From an uncultured Phycisphaera sp. (lineage in GTDB: Bacteria; Planctomycetota; Phycisphaerae; Phycisphaerales; UBA1924), in the NCBI GenBank assembly GCA_963977205.1, contig CAXBOF010000001.1, positions 1 through 42,124 of the forward strand: a DNA stretch of 42,124 nt, in the 5' to 3' direction. Positions 7,661-18,265 of the stretch are shown here, piece after piece. Numbering within the stretch: position 1 is the stretch's first letter; the number at the start of each line of letters is the position of its first letter. A program made the translations under genes and the position numbers. The notes beneath the pieces are model-generated. The model saw only the letters and a list, made by a program, of their open reading frames with translations, searched no databases and was not told the DNA's origin.

Positions 7661-10600
7661 ATGTCGGCTGCACTCCCCGAGCGGATTTTCGCCCCTTGGC
7701 AAACCAAGTGCGTGCAGGCTGGTGCGACGTTCAAGGGCTCGCACTGCCTTCTCTTTACGCAGCATGTGCCCCGCGAGGCCGAGTTTGCGGATACGCACGG
7801 TGCATGCACTCCTGGCCCCCGGTGGATGGCGTATTTCGCTTTTTGCATGGAGGCGCTCCGGCGGATTCAGTGCCCCGAGACGCAGCACACGACGCTGCTG
7901 GTTGAGCAGGTGGTCGACGAGGAAACGTTTCGGGATGCGCTTGCGCGGGGAACGTGCGAGGTTACGCCGGCCCGGCCCCCACGCGCGTGGCGCTTCTGGG
8001 TCATCTTCAAGACGGTGGATTCCTACGTGCAGTTTGCCACCGCCTTTGAGCAGATGCTGGAGGAGGGGGCAGCCGCGTCAAAGAAGTGGCAGGGCACGCG
8101 GAAGGGCGGTCCGCCCAGGGTGGATCAGGCGTCGTGGGTCTCCATTGCGGGGTCTGATGACCTCATCCACGGTCTGCAGCACACTTGCAACATCCCTGGT
8201 GGCGCCAGCAGCATTGCACTCGACCCGGGAGCCGACATTGGCGCCAAGAACCACATGCTCAACCTCCAGTCGTCCGAGTTGCTGCACGTCAGTGGGGCGT
8301 GCCCCGCACAGACGGGACGATCGTACATCGATCGACCCACCCAGCCCGGCATGTTTGATGCGGGGGATGACGACTCGGGTCCGCGGCTGACCTGGCGGGC
8401 ACCCTACTCAAGGACCACGAACGCGGGCATCAACGCGGGCATCAACCCGTGCGTCGCACGCTTTCCCTTTGCGCCATGGGGCCCGAGGACGGACGATTTC
8501 CGCCGCCTGGCATACCTCGGGACTCCGACGCCCGCCCGCGTGCTAGAGCCGCACCTCCTCAATCGGGCCACTGGACCGGGCCAGGCGGACCTCATCCGCA
8601 AGCACGCGGACAGCAACACTCTCGACGAGTACCTCGCGAACACCCCGGATGTCAACGACCCGCGCGATGCGGGCATTGTCACTGGGGACTCGGACGCGGG
8701 GGGCGCTGCACTGTCCCGCTCGGCTGCCATGGCACCCGAGTTTGCACAGAACGAGGAGTCGGCATCTGCTCGCATGCGGGCCCTCCGAGTCAGCACCGAG
8801 ACCCTGGCGGACCAGGTCGAGACAGAGGCTGATATCAGGCGCTTTGTGGCCAAGATTCAAGGTCCCACTCGCTTTCTGAAGGAGGCCCCCGTCCCCGATT
8901 CCATCCCATCAAGCTACCACGCCCTGGCGACTGCTGCAGCTGCGACAGCGCGGGGTCCTGCCACGGACGCGACCAAGTGGGCCCGTGCATTCTTTGACGA
9001 CTGCCAGAACACGTCCGATCTCATGCGACGACTGTCGGTTGCGCTCGAGCGGTACGCTGGGCTGCACGTGGCTCAGGTGACTGTGTCCAACTGGGTCATC
9101 CTGGCAATCATGGCTCCGCTGCTCGGGCCGGCCCCTCGGGCGCACACTGCACTGGTGGGACAGCCCGCAGCCGGAAAAAGCTGGACGATGGACGTCCTGC
9201 GGAAGATCATGCCAGGGATGTTTTCGTCGGTCGACTACACGTCGCTCAAGGCAACCCTGGTGGACACGCTCGGGAGCCGCAAGGTCCAGGTGACGGACGA
9301 GATTGCCAAATCCGAACGGGTGAGCGGCGAGAAAACGCGGCTTTCGAGTGGCGAGGAGCGCGGCATCAGGGCCGCCGTGGTGACGGATGCCAACGGAAAC
9401 AGCAAGGTCGTCTCGCAAGACTTTACATCCGTGTGGAACCACACGCAACTCGCCTGTGGGAACCAGCCACCTCGCGGCGACACGCCAATCGACACGCTGG
9501 CGCTGCAATCGCGGCAGCAGGTGATTCACTGCGCCAACCCCAAGGGGTTTGCATCCGGGACGCCGAGGCTCCACGACCAAGTCCTGCTGGCCATCCGGAT
9601 GTTCCTGACCGGGGCTCCGATGCAGGTCGGCTACATCTGGGCTGCCGGCTGCCCCGTCGCGTCCTCGGATATGATGGAGGCGAGTCCCATGGCGCGCCGT
9701 CCCCAACCCGCGCCCGCTCATCCCTCTGCAGGTGCTGCAGGCGTACCGCCGGGTCAAGGGCAAGGCGCCAATTCCTGCGCGCGAACTGTCCCGCCTGCGT
9801 GCTGCTGCCATTGGAGCCATGTCGGTTCGGATGGGCATCGAGACACGGGGAATGGAGGGCATGGCCGTCGACGAGTACATTGTCCGCAACGCCTACGTCC
9901 GGACCGAGGACATTGTGATTGCTCTGCAGACCATGGTGCTTCCCACGCAGCCCGAGATGGCCCGCCCAGTCTCACCCGCCACAGGACGCCGTCGCGCAGT
10001 CGCATGCGGGCACCATCGTGTTCAAGGCGCTGAAGAACATGGTCAACGTGAACATTGAGCGCGATGCAGACGGAAACATTACTGGTGCGGCGGTGGAAAC
10101 CGACAACAAGGGCGAGCGGGCCATCCTTACACAGGCGATGACTCAAAAGTGGTTTGACCGTCTTGTCGCGACCGTGTGTGCGATTGCCAAGCGCGACGAC
10201 CGTGAAATGGTCCGCCTCGGCCAGCGCCCAGCCACGCGCCGGCTGCCACTCACTGCGCGCGCAGGTTCCGGCTGACGATGTTCTTCGGCGACAGCTGCAG
10301 GAAGCTACGAGCGGCGCCAGGCCCATCGTTCTCGAGTGCATCAAGAACGAATCGAGACAGGCGCTCGGGATTGACCTGAAGCAGGTTGGACCAGTCTACA
10401 CCAAGACCGAGGCTGCCATGATCAAATTCCTGCACGACATCTGCAAGACGCTTGCGTACACGGCCGTTCGGTACCCGGACGAGAATCACGTCATCTTTGG
10501 GTCGTCCATCGTTGATGACATGCGACAGGCCCATCAAACGTGTCGCAAATGGGGCCCCGGGGCCGAGAAGATGTGGACGCGAGCGACCAAGAACCTCGAT

Positions 10601-11326
10601 GCAACGGACGTCCAGTCCTCCATTGCGCGCCTGATTGCATCGGGGGACATTGTCCTCGACCGCGTGATCGAGTGCAAGTACGTCAAGTCGGCAGAGGGCG
10701 GGCGTCCATCCAAGCTGAAACCGGGATTTGACGTCCTGTCGGCCGAGGTGATCAAGCGGAATCAGGCTGCGGTCGCCCGTCTTCCTGCGTCTGCTTCAGT
10801 GGACAAAGAGTCTCTGACCAAACAATTTGCGGCCGACACGGACCCCAAACTGGACGGCCGCACCTTCCACGGCATGGCACAGATGTACGGCCAGAGTGTT
10901 GCAGAGTCGGCCCGGTCTGGCACCTTTACGGTGAGGCACGATGCATCGAAGCGGGTCCGGCTTCCGGACAGGAACTACATCCCCCCAGATCAGGACGACC
11001 TTCCTACGGCGCCCGGCGGAAGTGCGTCAATTTTTGACGGCAGCAGTCCGCACGTGGATGCGTCAACCGTCAACGAGCGGGCCAGGCAGTGTCATCTCGT
11101 GCGGATCTTTTCCAACATCTCGTTGGCCCCCCTTCCGACCACTGCCGGAACCAAGCGTCGGTCCACCGAGTCCGAGGGGGACGGCCCGCCGGTCGCTCCC
11201 AAGGCCGCGCGCCGCGACGCCGGCCCGGCACAACCCGTTGCGGACCCCGAAAGCGACATCGAGCCCGAACTCGATTGGCAAGAGCGCTTGCCGGTTGGAG
11301 ACGAGGACAGTATGCATGCAGAATAG
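7661..11326 (+). CDS. D5-like SF3 primase-helicase, 4 exons join(7661..9625,9732..9935,9985..10209,10265..11326), about 1151 aa
   Basis: Walker A LVGQPAAGKSWT, Walker B KVQVTDEIA and motif C HTQLACGNQPP form an SF3 helicase pattern of the D5 type. The coding signal moves frame 2 -> 0 -> 1 -> 2 at GT..AG introns. Start is ATG 7661, downstream of TATAAG 7604..7609. The donor of intron 1 is ambiguous (9626 or 9656). Confidence 0.85.
9626..9731 (+). other. Intron, 106 nt (or 76 nt from alternative donor 9656) (D5-like gene)
   Basis: GTCGGC (or GTCGCG)...CTCATccctctgCAG. Both donors are phase 0, frame 2 -> 0. Confidence 0.5.
9936..9984 (+). other. Intron, 49 nt (D5-like gene)
   Basis: GTGCTT...CTCACccgccaCAG, phase 0, frame 0 -> 1. 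Confidence 0.75.
10210..10264 (+). other. Intron, 55 nt (D5-like gene)
   Basis: GTCCGC...CTCACtgcgcgcgCAG, phase 0, frame 1 -> 2. Confidence 0.8.
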
Positions 11327-11330
11327 ACCC

Positions 11331-11336
11331 TATAAC
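11331..11336 (+). promoter_or_regulatory. TATA box (TATAAC)
   Basis: 28 nt upstream of ATG 11365, 5 nt after the D5-like stop codon. Confidence 0.45.
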
Positions 11337-11364
11337 CGCACCCCATTCCCACTTCAGTTGACCC

Positions 11365-11872
11365 ATGGTGCTGGTTCCCTTTGTTGCGACTTTGCTGGCC
11401 TGCGCCGACCACAGCTCCATCCATGTCACGCGCAGGGCGTGTGCATTCGGTGTCTTCCTCTGGCGCCGCTCTGCACGTCGGGTGCTGATGCCGCCGCGCA
11501 GGTTCGTACCAAATGTTCCAGGCCAGTGTAGAGGCCGCCGTGGACGCCCTCGGATGCGGTCCTCAGTGCATGTCGTGCAATGCGGCGAGTGTCGATGACT
11601 GCACACGGTTCGCCATCCTGGCGGCCTACGCGGAAGAGGCGGGCGACCCGGCGATGGACAGGCTGCACCTCGCCCTCGCCACCTGCGTTCTTCCAAACGG
11701 CGCCACCGTTCCAGCGGCCGACATTCTGCGCCAGATCAAAGACGAGCCCGAGATGCCGTGCTCCAACTCGTCCGACGTCTCGGGCGACTCGATGGCCGCG
11801 GCCGTCACGCTCATCGGGTTTTCGCTCTTTGTGCTCATCAACACGGTCCTGTCGCTCGAAGAAAGTCAGTGA
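11365..11872 (+). CDS. Small Cys-rich type I membrane protein, join(11365..11440,11502..11872), 148 aa
   Basis: Exon 1 is a signal peptide (MVLVPFVATLLACA), 28 nt after TATAAC. A 61-nt GTGCAT..CTGAT..CAG intron joins it in phase 1 to the frame with CGPQCMSCNAASVDDC and C-terminal TM AAAVTLIGFSLFVLINTVL. Alternative: unspliced start at ATG 11513. Confidence 0.55.
11441..11501 (+). other. Intron, 61 nt
   Basis: GTGCAT...CTGATgccgccgcgCAG, phase 1. Joins the signal-peptide exon to the Cys-rich exon. Confidence 0.5.
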
Positions 11873-11897
11873 CCACGGGCGCGTTCCGTCGGCCCCG

Positions 11898-11903
11898 TAT
11901 AAT
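11898..11903 (+). promoter_or_regulatory. TATA box (TATAAT)
   Basis: 29 nt upstream of ATG 11933. Confidence 0.4.
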
Positions 11904-11932
11904 GGACTGCAGGCTGTGCAATTTAAACTGAT

Positions 11933-12121
11933 ATGGACCCCCACCCCGCGCAGTACCAGCTGATGGAAGCTGTTGGCCGTGCGCTGGCACCGCGGTGTCT
12001 GTTTCCCGATACTGCTCCTACGACGACGCCAAAGCCCGCGCCCGTCGCCACCGGAGGTGTCAAGCCCCCGCGCCGGTCGACGAGGCCATCACGCCCACCC
12101 CAGCGCTACGTGGCCGTCTGA
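11933..12121 (+). CDS. Small Pro/Arg-rich ORF, 62 aa
   Basis: ATG lies 29 nt downstream of TATAAT 11898..11903. Overlaps the 3' end of the convergent gene by 33 nt. No domain recognised. Confidence 0.35.
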   Translation: MDPHPAQYQLMEAVGRALAPRCLFPDTAPTTTPKPAPVATGGVKPPRRSTRPSRPPQRYVAV

Positions 12122-13543
12122 GGGGTAGACAAAGCCAAAGATGATGCACCACATCTCCAGCGGCAGCCTTGGGAGTTGGCGCAGGGGCGACTCTGCAGCC
12201 TCTATGGCCGCCCTGATGCGAGCCTGCTCTTCTTCGGGAAACAGTCGGTGCGTCGTGTGATTCCACCGCATGGGCGCCACTGCGAGCCGCAAAAGACGCT
12301 TGTGGTCTGGCGCGACGGTGCCGTGGATCCTGTTGAACTCGGTCCGCGAGATGCGATGCCCCGTCGTGATGGCCCCCGCCAGTCGTTCCGGGTCGATCCT
12401 CGCGAGCAGTGCCAGGGCCGACTCTGGTCGGGGCTTCGATACGGCGTCCACAGCCTCGGGCGTCTTTTTCAGGCGGGTGTTGGCCATCGCGTCGGCAACA
12501 GTCTTTTTGCCCTTTGTAAAGGGGTAGCCGTGTGCCAGAAGCGTGCTCACAAGGGGCACCGGGAACGCCCCGGACGCCGCCTGGGCGGTCACGGCCCCGA
12601 GCAGCTTGCGCGTGTCTTTGGCCGCGACCTTCTGCATCGCAACGACCCGATCGGCCGTCATGACGGACAGCACTGCTTCGAATGCCGATTGCTGTGACGG
12701 ATGTTTCCAGCACGCAAGCAGCATCCCCTGGGAGATCTTGTACGCCAGGTACCTTAGGTCGCCCGATGCCATTGCGGCCATCACGGCCTGGGCCCTGATC
12801 GAGTCGTCAAACTGGTTGGCAAGAACGTACTGCAGCACCAGCGGTTTGCTGATTGTTGTAGAGTTTGCGGCGAGCGTCGCCGCAATTCCTGCCTCGCCCA
12901 CTCGGGCCGCCTCGGAACAGTTGAGCCACGGCGTGCGGCCAAGGCCCGGAGCGCCCGGAGCTGCCGCCGCAATCAGTGCGACGTTCCGCTCGTGTGCCAC
13001 TTTGCCGGCAAACAGCCGTGCGTGCTCTGCTCCAGTCGACGCACAGATGCACTGGAGAGACACGGTTGTGACCAGGTTGGCCACCGCCGCCATCTTTGCT
13101 CGGTCAACCCCGTCCCAGTCTGCAAAGATGGCCGTTGCACGCTGATCAATCTGACCCGAATCGGTCCGCTCGACGATGGCCTCGACATCGGCGACACTGA
13201 CGTCGGAGCGGTTGAGCACCGCCCGCAGGACATCGACCGCATTGAGCGCAGGCACGCCGTCGACAAGCTGCAGGATGAGGCTCGCCGGGATGGCCGAAAT
13301 GTCCGCGGCCCGTACCCACTGGGGCACCCATCCGGGGGGACACCCTCCTTTTGCAAACTTCTCGATGTCGCAATCGTGCGAGGCAAGGATGCGGCGGGCT
13401 TGGGCGACAACGTCGTGCCACCCTTCCTGCAGTCCGTCCTTCAGGTACCGACGCAGCTGCGACCTCGGCATCGCAAGCCCCTGCTTAACCAGCTTTCCGA
13501 GGACCGCTTTCTCGGATCCGGGTGTGCGCCCCGATCGGAACAT
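12089..13543 (-). CDS. Hypothetical alpha-helical protein, 484 aa, F-box-like C-terminus
   Basis: Long high-GC3 ORF. The track start at 13555 is GTG, so I use the first ATG, 13543 (MFRSGRTPGS...). C-terminal LPRLPLEMWCIIFGFV resembles an F-box LP..l...Il..L motif (weak). Confidence 0.7.
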   Translation of the reverse strand: MFRSGRTPGSEKAVLGKLVKQGLAMPRSQLRRYLKDGLQEGWHDVVAQARRILASHDCDIEKFAKGGCPPGWVPQWVRAADISAIPASLILQLVDGVPALNAVDVLRAVLNRSDVSVADVEAIVERTDSGQIDQRATAIFADWDGVDRAKMAAVANLVTTVSLQCICASTGAEHARLFAGKVAHERNVALIAAAAPGAPGLGRTPWLNCSEAARVGEAGIAATLAANSTTISKPLVLQYVLANQFDDSIRAQAVMAAMASGDLRYLAYKISQGMLLACWKHPSQQSAFEAVLSVMTADRVVAMQKVAAKDTRKLLGAVTAQAASGAFPVPLVSTLLAHGYPFTKGKKTVADAMANTRLKKTPEAVDAVSKPRPESALALLARIDPERLAGAITTGHRISRTEFNRIHGTVAPDHKRLLRLAVAPMRWNHTTHRLFPEEEQARIRAAIEAAESPLRQLPRLPLEMWCIIFGFVYPSDGHVALGWA

Positions 13544-13596
13544 GATTTCTGTCACAATTCGAGTTCCGATTTGCTCTGCAGAGCGGGTTTTGAAAT

Positions 13597-14289
13597 ATGG
13601 CCGACGGCTCTGCCGAATTTGACGGCTTTGTCGGTCGAGTCCAGGCTGCCCTCTGCCCCACGTCAGGCGCCGAGGGCGAGGTCGACCAGGCGTACATTCG
13701 ACAGGTTCGCGAAGAAAGGGACCGGAATCTCGTTTCGGATGCCCTCTTGGTCATCGGCAACGCCGGAACCCGGCCCCTGGACCTCCCAGGTCACAACATT
13801 TGCACCGCCGACCACAACGCCAGCCAGCTTGAATGGGGCGACCCTGAAAATCCGTCTGGCAGGCGCCCCTGTGTCAATGGCGACGAATGCGTAGTCACCG
13901 GCACTTCGGGCGTTCTTGGCACCAGCATGCCACCCCTGCCCGAATTTCTGAACCCGACGCAAAAGGCGGCACACGATGCGACCGGAGCGCTTCCCGCTTC
14001 GCAGGGCCGGTGTCTCCTGTGCATGCGGAGGGACAATGCCTTGGCAGTCGATCTGCATACTGCCGGCGCGGCGCAGTCGTGCATTGTCGCTCCCGTGACC
14101 AACCCGGTCAACACCATCGGGGGATACAGGCTCGAGTGCACCACGTCCGTCTATGGAAACGCCATCTCGGGCGGGCCCGTGGTGCGCCACTACTCGGGCG
14201 CCGAGAAGATGCTGACACTCGAGGTGAACCAGCAGGGGCGCTGGCGCATCAACGAAGAAAAGCTACTTTGGCATCACCCAAAATGCTAG
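13597..14289 (+). CDS. Hypothetical Cys-containing protein, 230 aa
   Basis: ATG ORF with high GC3. CVNGDECV and CLLCMR cysteine pairs. First gene of a tightly packed plus-strand gene train. Confidence 0.65.
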   Translation: MADGSAEFDGFVGRVQAALCPTSGAEGEVDQAYIRQVREERDRNLVSDALLVIGNAGTRPLDLPGHNICTADHNASQLEWGDPENPSGRRPCVNGDECVVTGTSGVLGTSMPPLPEFLNPTQKAAHDATGALPASQGRCLLCMRRDNALAVDLHTAGAAQSCIVAPVTNPVNTIGGYRLECTTSVYGNAISGGPVVRHYSGAEKMLTLEVNQQGRWRINEEKLLWHHPKC

Positions 14290-15847
14290 CGCAGGCGTTC
14301 CGGTCGGAGCAGCCGCCACATCGCCAACCGTACTCGGTGGCCGTGGCGGCGTCCCGATTAGCCTGCGCTGAACCCACGGAACATCGCGCCATCTACCAGA
14401 CCCCCCTATGGCGCATCGACGACGACATCAACCCCCGGGCCACCCTCTACGACTGTGCCATTCGCCTCCACGCAAGGGCGTCCCATGTGCCCAAATCACT
14501 CCTCCCCGAGCTCAGCCTTCTCATCGACGCCACGCTCGCAACGTGCGTCTGGATCGACTCGGGCTCGGGTCGCAACCGGATCGACGCCATCTACTCTGCA
14601 GGTCCGCTCCGCCCGTCCCCACGCAGCCCAGATCCCACTGACCCGCGCACACAGGTATGGCGCCAGAGCAGGTCGATCCAGCCACGCTCCACGGCTACTT
14701 CTCGGGCACACTGGAGCACACCAGCATCATCGCCGGAGCCATTTCGGGCGTCGGTCCGCCAAAAGGCCTTCGTGAAACGTGGCAGCTCATCCAAAAAGCC
14801 ATGTGCCCAGACACCAAATCAGTCAGGTACGTAGGCGACCTCTGTGCCAAGTCCATCGAGCAGCACGAGCTCATGGGCCGCATCGTGACGACCGTCGTGC
14901 ACGGGGGCCTTCCGGGCTCCGGCCATCTGGCGCATCCGCAGTTCCGCATCGACAACTGGGGGCGGCCGAGCGACATTGCGGCCCTCGTCGTCCGGCGGCT
15001 GACCAAACGCGGCATCCTGCTCGCCGTCTGCGAATTCGTTGCCAACATTCCCTGCCATGTCACCAGGGCCATCGTGCCAGTGACATTCACCGGGAGCGTG
15101 GCGGCCGCCGTTTTTTCCCCGCGGTCGCGGGCTGCAAAGCTGGTCGCCACTCCGCGCGAAGCCCTCCGGATCGACACACCCCTGTCTCTTGGGACTCCCG
15201 TGCCGATCCTGGCAAAGGCAGATCCTCAAGAGGCCGCCGATGCCTTTGTGCGAATGGCCACTCCGTTCAGCACAGCAGCCCCGCGGAACGCCATCGAGAT
15301 GGCCGCCCTCCAACTCGCCGCCGCTCGCTCCAGGAGCATGAGGATCTGGACCGCGCACTCGTCGGTCCGGAAGTACCAGATGGATCGATTCGGCGAAATT
15401 CTCGTTCCGCTCTGTCTGGCGTGTCGCACCCTCCTGGTGCCGACGGGCAGCCGCAGCAAGACGCGCCGAGTGGCTCCCATCATGGTTGGAGGAGGCTCCC
15501 TCGTTTGCTCGGGGTGCAACTCGCGCTCCATCGCCAGAATCAACATGGCGGGCCTCGTGGCGCGCATCGACCGCGGTGGCAAAGAGGACGTCCTGTGCCC
15601 GTGCAGCGAGTGCGGCGTCCTTGGACCCATCGGAGGCGTCAGGGGACTGCTGCCGTACTGCGCCCGCCATGCGGCCGTCGAGGACATTGAACCCCAGGCG
15701 CACTGTGCCATTTGCCGCAGTCGCATACATGGGGACGGCGTCAAGTACGTCGAAGTCGCCTCAAAGCGGTACGAGTGCATCTGCTCGGCATGCCAAACAG
15801 TGTTTCCGGCGCGTGCTGCCCCGTCCCGCCCGATGCGCATCCACTGA
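14283..15847 (+). CDS. Hypothetical zinc-ribbon-rich protein, join(14283..14601,14655..15847), 503 aa
   Basis: ATG 14283 overlaps the upstream stop. A 53-nt GTCCGC..ACTGAC..CAG intron (phase 1) joins frame 0 to frame 2. The C-terminal third has CxxC pairs (CLAC, CSGC, CPCSEC, CAIC, CSAC). Confidence 0.7.
14602..14654 (+). other. Intron, 53 nt
   Basis: GTCCGC...ACTGACccgcgcacaCAG, phase 1, frame 0 -> 2. Confidence 0.75.
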
Positions 15848-15867
15848 CCGTCTGCACAGGCGATGAG

Positions 15868-16353
15868 ATGGACGGAGGCCGAATTCAGAGCGCTTCGTCG
15901 GTAGAGGAGCAGAGCGCGTCCCTCCGCACCTACGTCAAGGACGTTTGGACGTGCAAGGGCGTGGCCATCCAGGCGACCGGCCGTCGCTGCTTCACGGTGC
16001 GTCCCCCGCATCGCACCCCGCCCGCCCCGGCTGACTGTGGCAACAGGTGGCGCTGCCCCAGGTGACTTTAATCCGGAACCCGGCCCGACACCAGGCACCA
16101 CTGACCCGCGCCGCAGGAGATGCAGAACTTTGACGAGTTCGTGGCCGGGATCCGCATCCGGGGCGGTGCCGTGGACCTGGCGCTCTCCACCGACAGCATG
16201 CGCTGCACCATCTGGTGCGCCAACGCCATGCCCAAGCGCGAGGGGCCCGCCGAGCCAGCCCCTGCCCCAGCAACCGGGACGCCCCTGATGGCCGTGGCCG
16301 CCGTCGGACTGGCCGGCGTAGCATTTGCGGCGGCACAGCTGCTGCACGTATAA
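15868..16353 (+). CDS. Small tail-anchored protein, join(15868..15996,16047..16061,16117..16353), 126 aa
   Basis: Three exons, all phase 0, including a 15-nt micro-exon (VALPQ). Both introns have a GTG donor, a CTGAC branch motif and a CAG acceptor. C-terminal TM LMAVAAVGLAGVAFAAAQLL. Confidence 0.6.
15997..16046 (+). other. Intron, 50 nt
   Basis: GTGCGT...CTGACtgtggcaaCAG, phase 0. Confidence 0.7.
16062..16116 (+). other. Intron, 55 nt (follows a 15-nt micro-exon)
   Basis: GTGACT...ACTGACccgcgccgCAG, phase 0. Confidence 0.7.
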
Positions 16354-16354
16354 C
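16349..16354 (+). promoter_or_regulatory. TATA box (TATAAC) overlapping the upstream stop codon
   Basis: 28 nt upstream of ATG 16383. Contains the TAA stop (16351..16353) of the preceding gene. Confidence 0.4.
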
Positions 16355-16382
16355 CGAGCGGTTCCACTCATTACACCAGACC

Positions 16383-16754
16383 ATGCGTTTTGCAGACGCG
16401 TCCCTGTGGGCGCTGGCCACCCTGGTGGTTGCCATCTTTTCCCTCTTTGATGCAGTCCGGACCCGCAGCTACGCAGACGCCTCGTTCGTCATGACGGCCT
16501 CGCTGCTGTACTTCAACGCCGTCTGGATCGGCACGACGTACCTCGGCATCGGGGCGACCTCCTCCGGGGGAATCCGAAACCTGAGATCCCTCCTCTTTGT
16601 TTCCATTTTTATTGGGCTCGTCTCGTGGTACAAAACCGATATCCGGCTGGCCATAACCTCTGTGGCCGGCCTCGTCCTTTCGTGGGCGTTTGGCGCGCGC
16701 TCGCCCCCAGTCCTCCTCATCGTGAGCCAGTCGGTCGGCGCTCTCGTTCGATGA
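16383..16754 (+). CDS. Four-helix membrane protein, 123 aa
   Basis: ATG lies 28 nt after TATAAC 16349..16354. Hydrophobic helices (LWALATLVVAIFSLF, FVMTASLLYFNAVWIG, LLFVSIFIGLVSW, ITSVAGLVLSWAF). The stop overlaps the next ATG (ATGA). Confidence 0.7.
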   Translation: MRFADASLWALATLVVAIFSLFDAVRTRSYADASFVMTASLLYFNAVWIGTTYLGIGATSSGGIRNLRSLLFVSIFIGLVSWYKTDIRLAITSVAGLVLSWAFGARSPPVLLIVSQSVGALVR

Positions 16755-18265
16755 CACACCGCCTCAAGGGCACCCGCTTCATCGGCCCGGGCGGTGTGGA
16801 CGCCGGCCCAGTCACGCCACTCGACCCCAAGCTCCGGGTACAGTACCACGTGCTCTACGAAAATTTGGGATCGTTCTGGGAAGTCAGCAAGGTCGAGTTC
16901 CATAAGGTGCTGTGGGCGGTCCGGGTCGATCGTCGCGGGGCCATCACGCACGTCGGGCCGTTTGTCTACGTCGACCGGCTGCAGAAGCGCGGACTCGCTC
17001 CCAAGTTCCCGGTGGCAATGTCCAGAGCGCTGGCATCCCCGATTCCAGCCAAGACCAAACGATCCGCATCGGGCAATCCGGGGTCCCAGGCGAAGCGCGC
17101 TCGGACCAGTGCTATCGACTGCTCCCACGGGGATCCAGGGGACCCCCCATGCGCCGCCTGCGAGAGTCGGCACTTTGGATTCCGGCCCGTCTCGGAAGTG
17201 CGCAGGTGGAGCGAGGCCGGGCGCATCTGCATCCAAGACCTCGACCGCGGCGTCCTGAACATCATTGGGTTCTTCAGGCTCGAGGCACTCGGACTCCCCA
17301 CCGCCGGGCCGGGTGTCAGCCTCCGGGCATCGGCATTTCAGCTGCTGTCGCCAACTCAGCTCGCCCTCTCCGGAATCGATTCGGCCACGATAGCACACAT
17401 CTCCGTCGCTTTTTGGACTTCCCGAAACAGCACCAACTTCAACCACCTTCAACAGGCGCTCCTCTGTCTCGGTCGCGTGCTGTCCGCCGAAACATGGAGG
17501 ACGCTCATCACCACTGGGGTCGCAGAGGTGGCCCCAAGAGTGCTCCGCAACTTTCCAAAGGGCGTCTCGCTCGCGCCGCCCCAGGGCGCATCCCGCTTCA
17601 GCCTGGTGGGCATCGACACAGACCCCGAGCTCGGACCCTGCCCCCACGTGACCATCGTACTCCCAGACGTGCTCGCCACCATTAGGGCCCTCTCAAAGAC
17701 GGTCGGCCGTGTCTTTGTGTCCATCGTCGAAAACGGTCACCAGGCGGTCATCTCCGGGCGCCCCCGCATCGCCTTTCCAAGCACGTACGTCCCAAAGCCC
17801 GATGCGCCAGACGACACCGACACTGTCATCGTCGGCGCCGAAACGCTCTCGTGGTCAACCCTGGCGCAGGTGCTCACAACGGCGCCCCCCGATGGCCGCA
17901 TCGTCTTTGAGGGGTGCTACGTCGTTCCAGAGGCGCTCCGCAGCGGCCAGGTGCCCTTTCTCTATCTGCTCGCGTTTCTAGTCCGGCTCGACTGCAAATG
18001 CGCAGAGCCCGGAACACGGCACGCCATCTACGCCGGCCAGCCGCTGCGACCACCCGGAATCGAGCCGAAGCGGGCAGCCAGCCTGTTCAAACGCATCCGC
18101 AAGCTCAGACCAGACTTTGAAAGGGGTCTTCTGCAGGAGATTGATGGGCACCTGGCGGCGCTGAAGGCCGCGATGCCTCTTCTGAAGCGTGCAGTGGTTT
18201 CCGCATTTCCAGCAGCTCCGCCGTCGCAATCGGAGCCGGAAGTGTCCGAACCCCCGCCCGGGTGA
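16751..18265 (+). CDS. Hypothetical protein, 504 aa (candidate virion or structural protein)
   Basis: Uninterrupted high-GC3 ORF from ATG 16751 (MTHRLKGTRF...). It sits immediately upstream of the protease-scaffold candidate. No motif recognised. Confidence 0.7.
   Translation: MTHRLKGTRFIGPGGVDAGPVTPLDPKLRVQYHVLYENLGSFWEVSKVEFHKVLWAVRVDRRGAITHVGPFVYVDRLQKRGLAPKFPVAMSRALASPIPAKTKRSASGNPGSQAKRARTSAIDCSHGDPGDPPCAACESRHFGFRPVSEVRRWSEAGRICIQDLDRGVLNIIGFFRLEALGLPTAGPGVSLRASAFQLLSPTQLALSGIDSATIAHISVAFWTSRNSTNFNHLQQALLCLGRVLSAETWRTLITTGVAEVAPRVLRNFPKGVSLAPPQGASRFSLVGIDTDPELGPCPHVTIVLPDVLATIRALSKTVGRVFVSIVENGHQAVISGRPRIAFPSTYVPKPDAPDDTDTVIVGAETLSWSTLAQVLTTAPPDGRIVFEGCYVVPEALRSGQVPFLYLLAFLVRLDCKCAEPGTRHAIYAGQPLRPPGIEPKRAASLFKRIRKLRPDFERGLLQEIDGHLAALKAAMPLLKRAVVSAFPAAPPSQSEPEVSEPPPG

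Noticed and set aside
9732-13555. Track ORF starts shown as M at 26, 9732, 13555, 24359 and 26791
   Set aside because: The underlying codons are TTG or GTG, not ATG. In this eukaryote-style context they are exon-internal codons or non-starts, so I used ATG starts or splice junctions instead.
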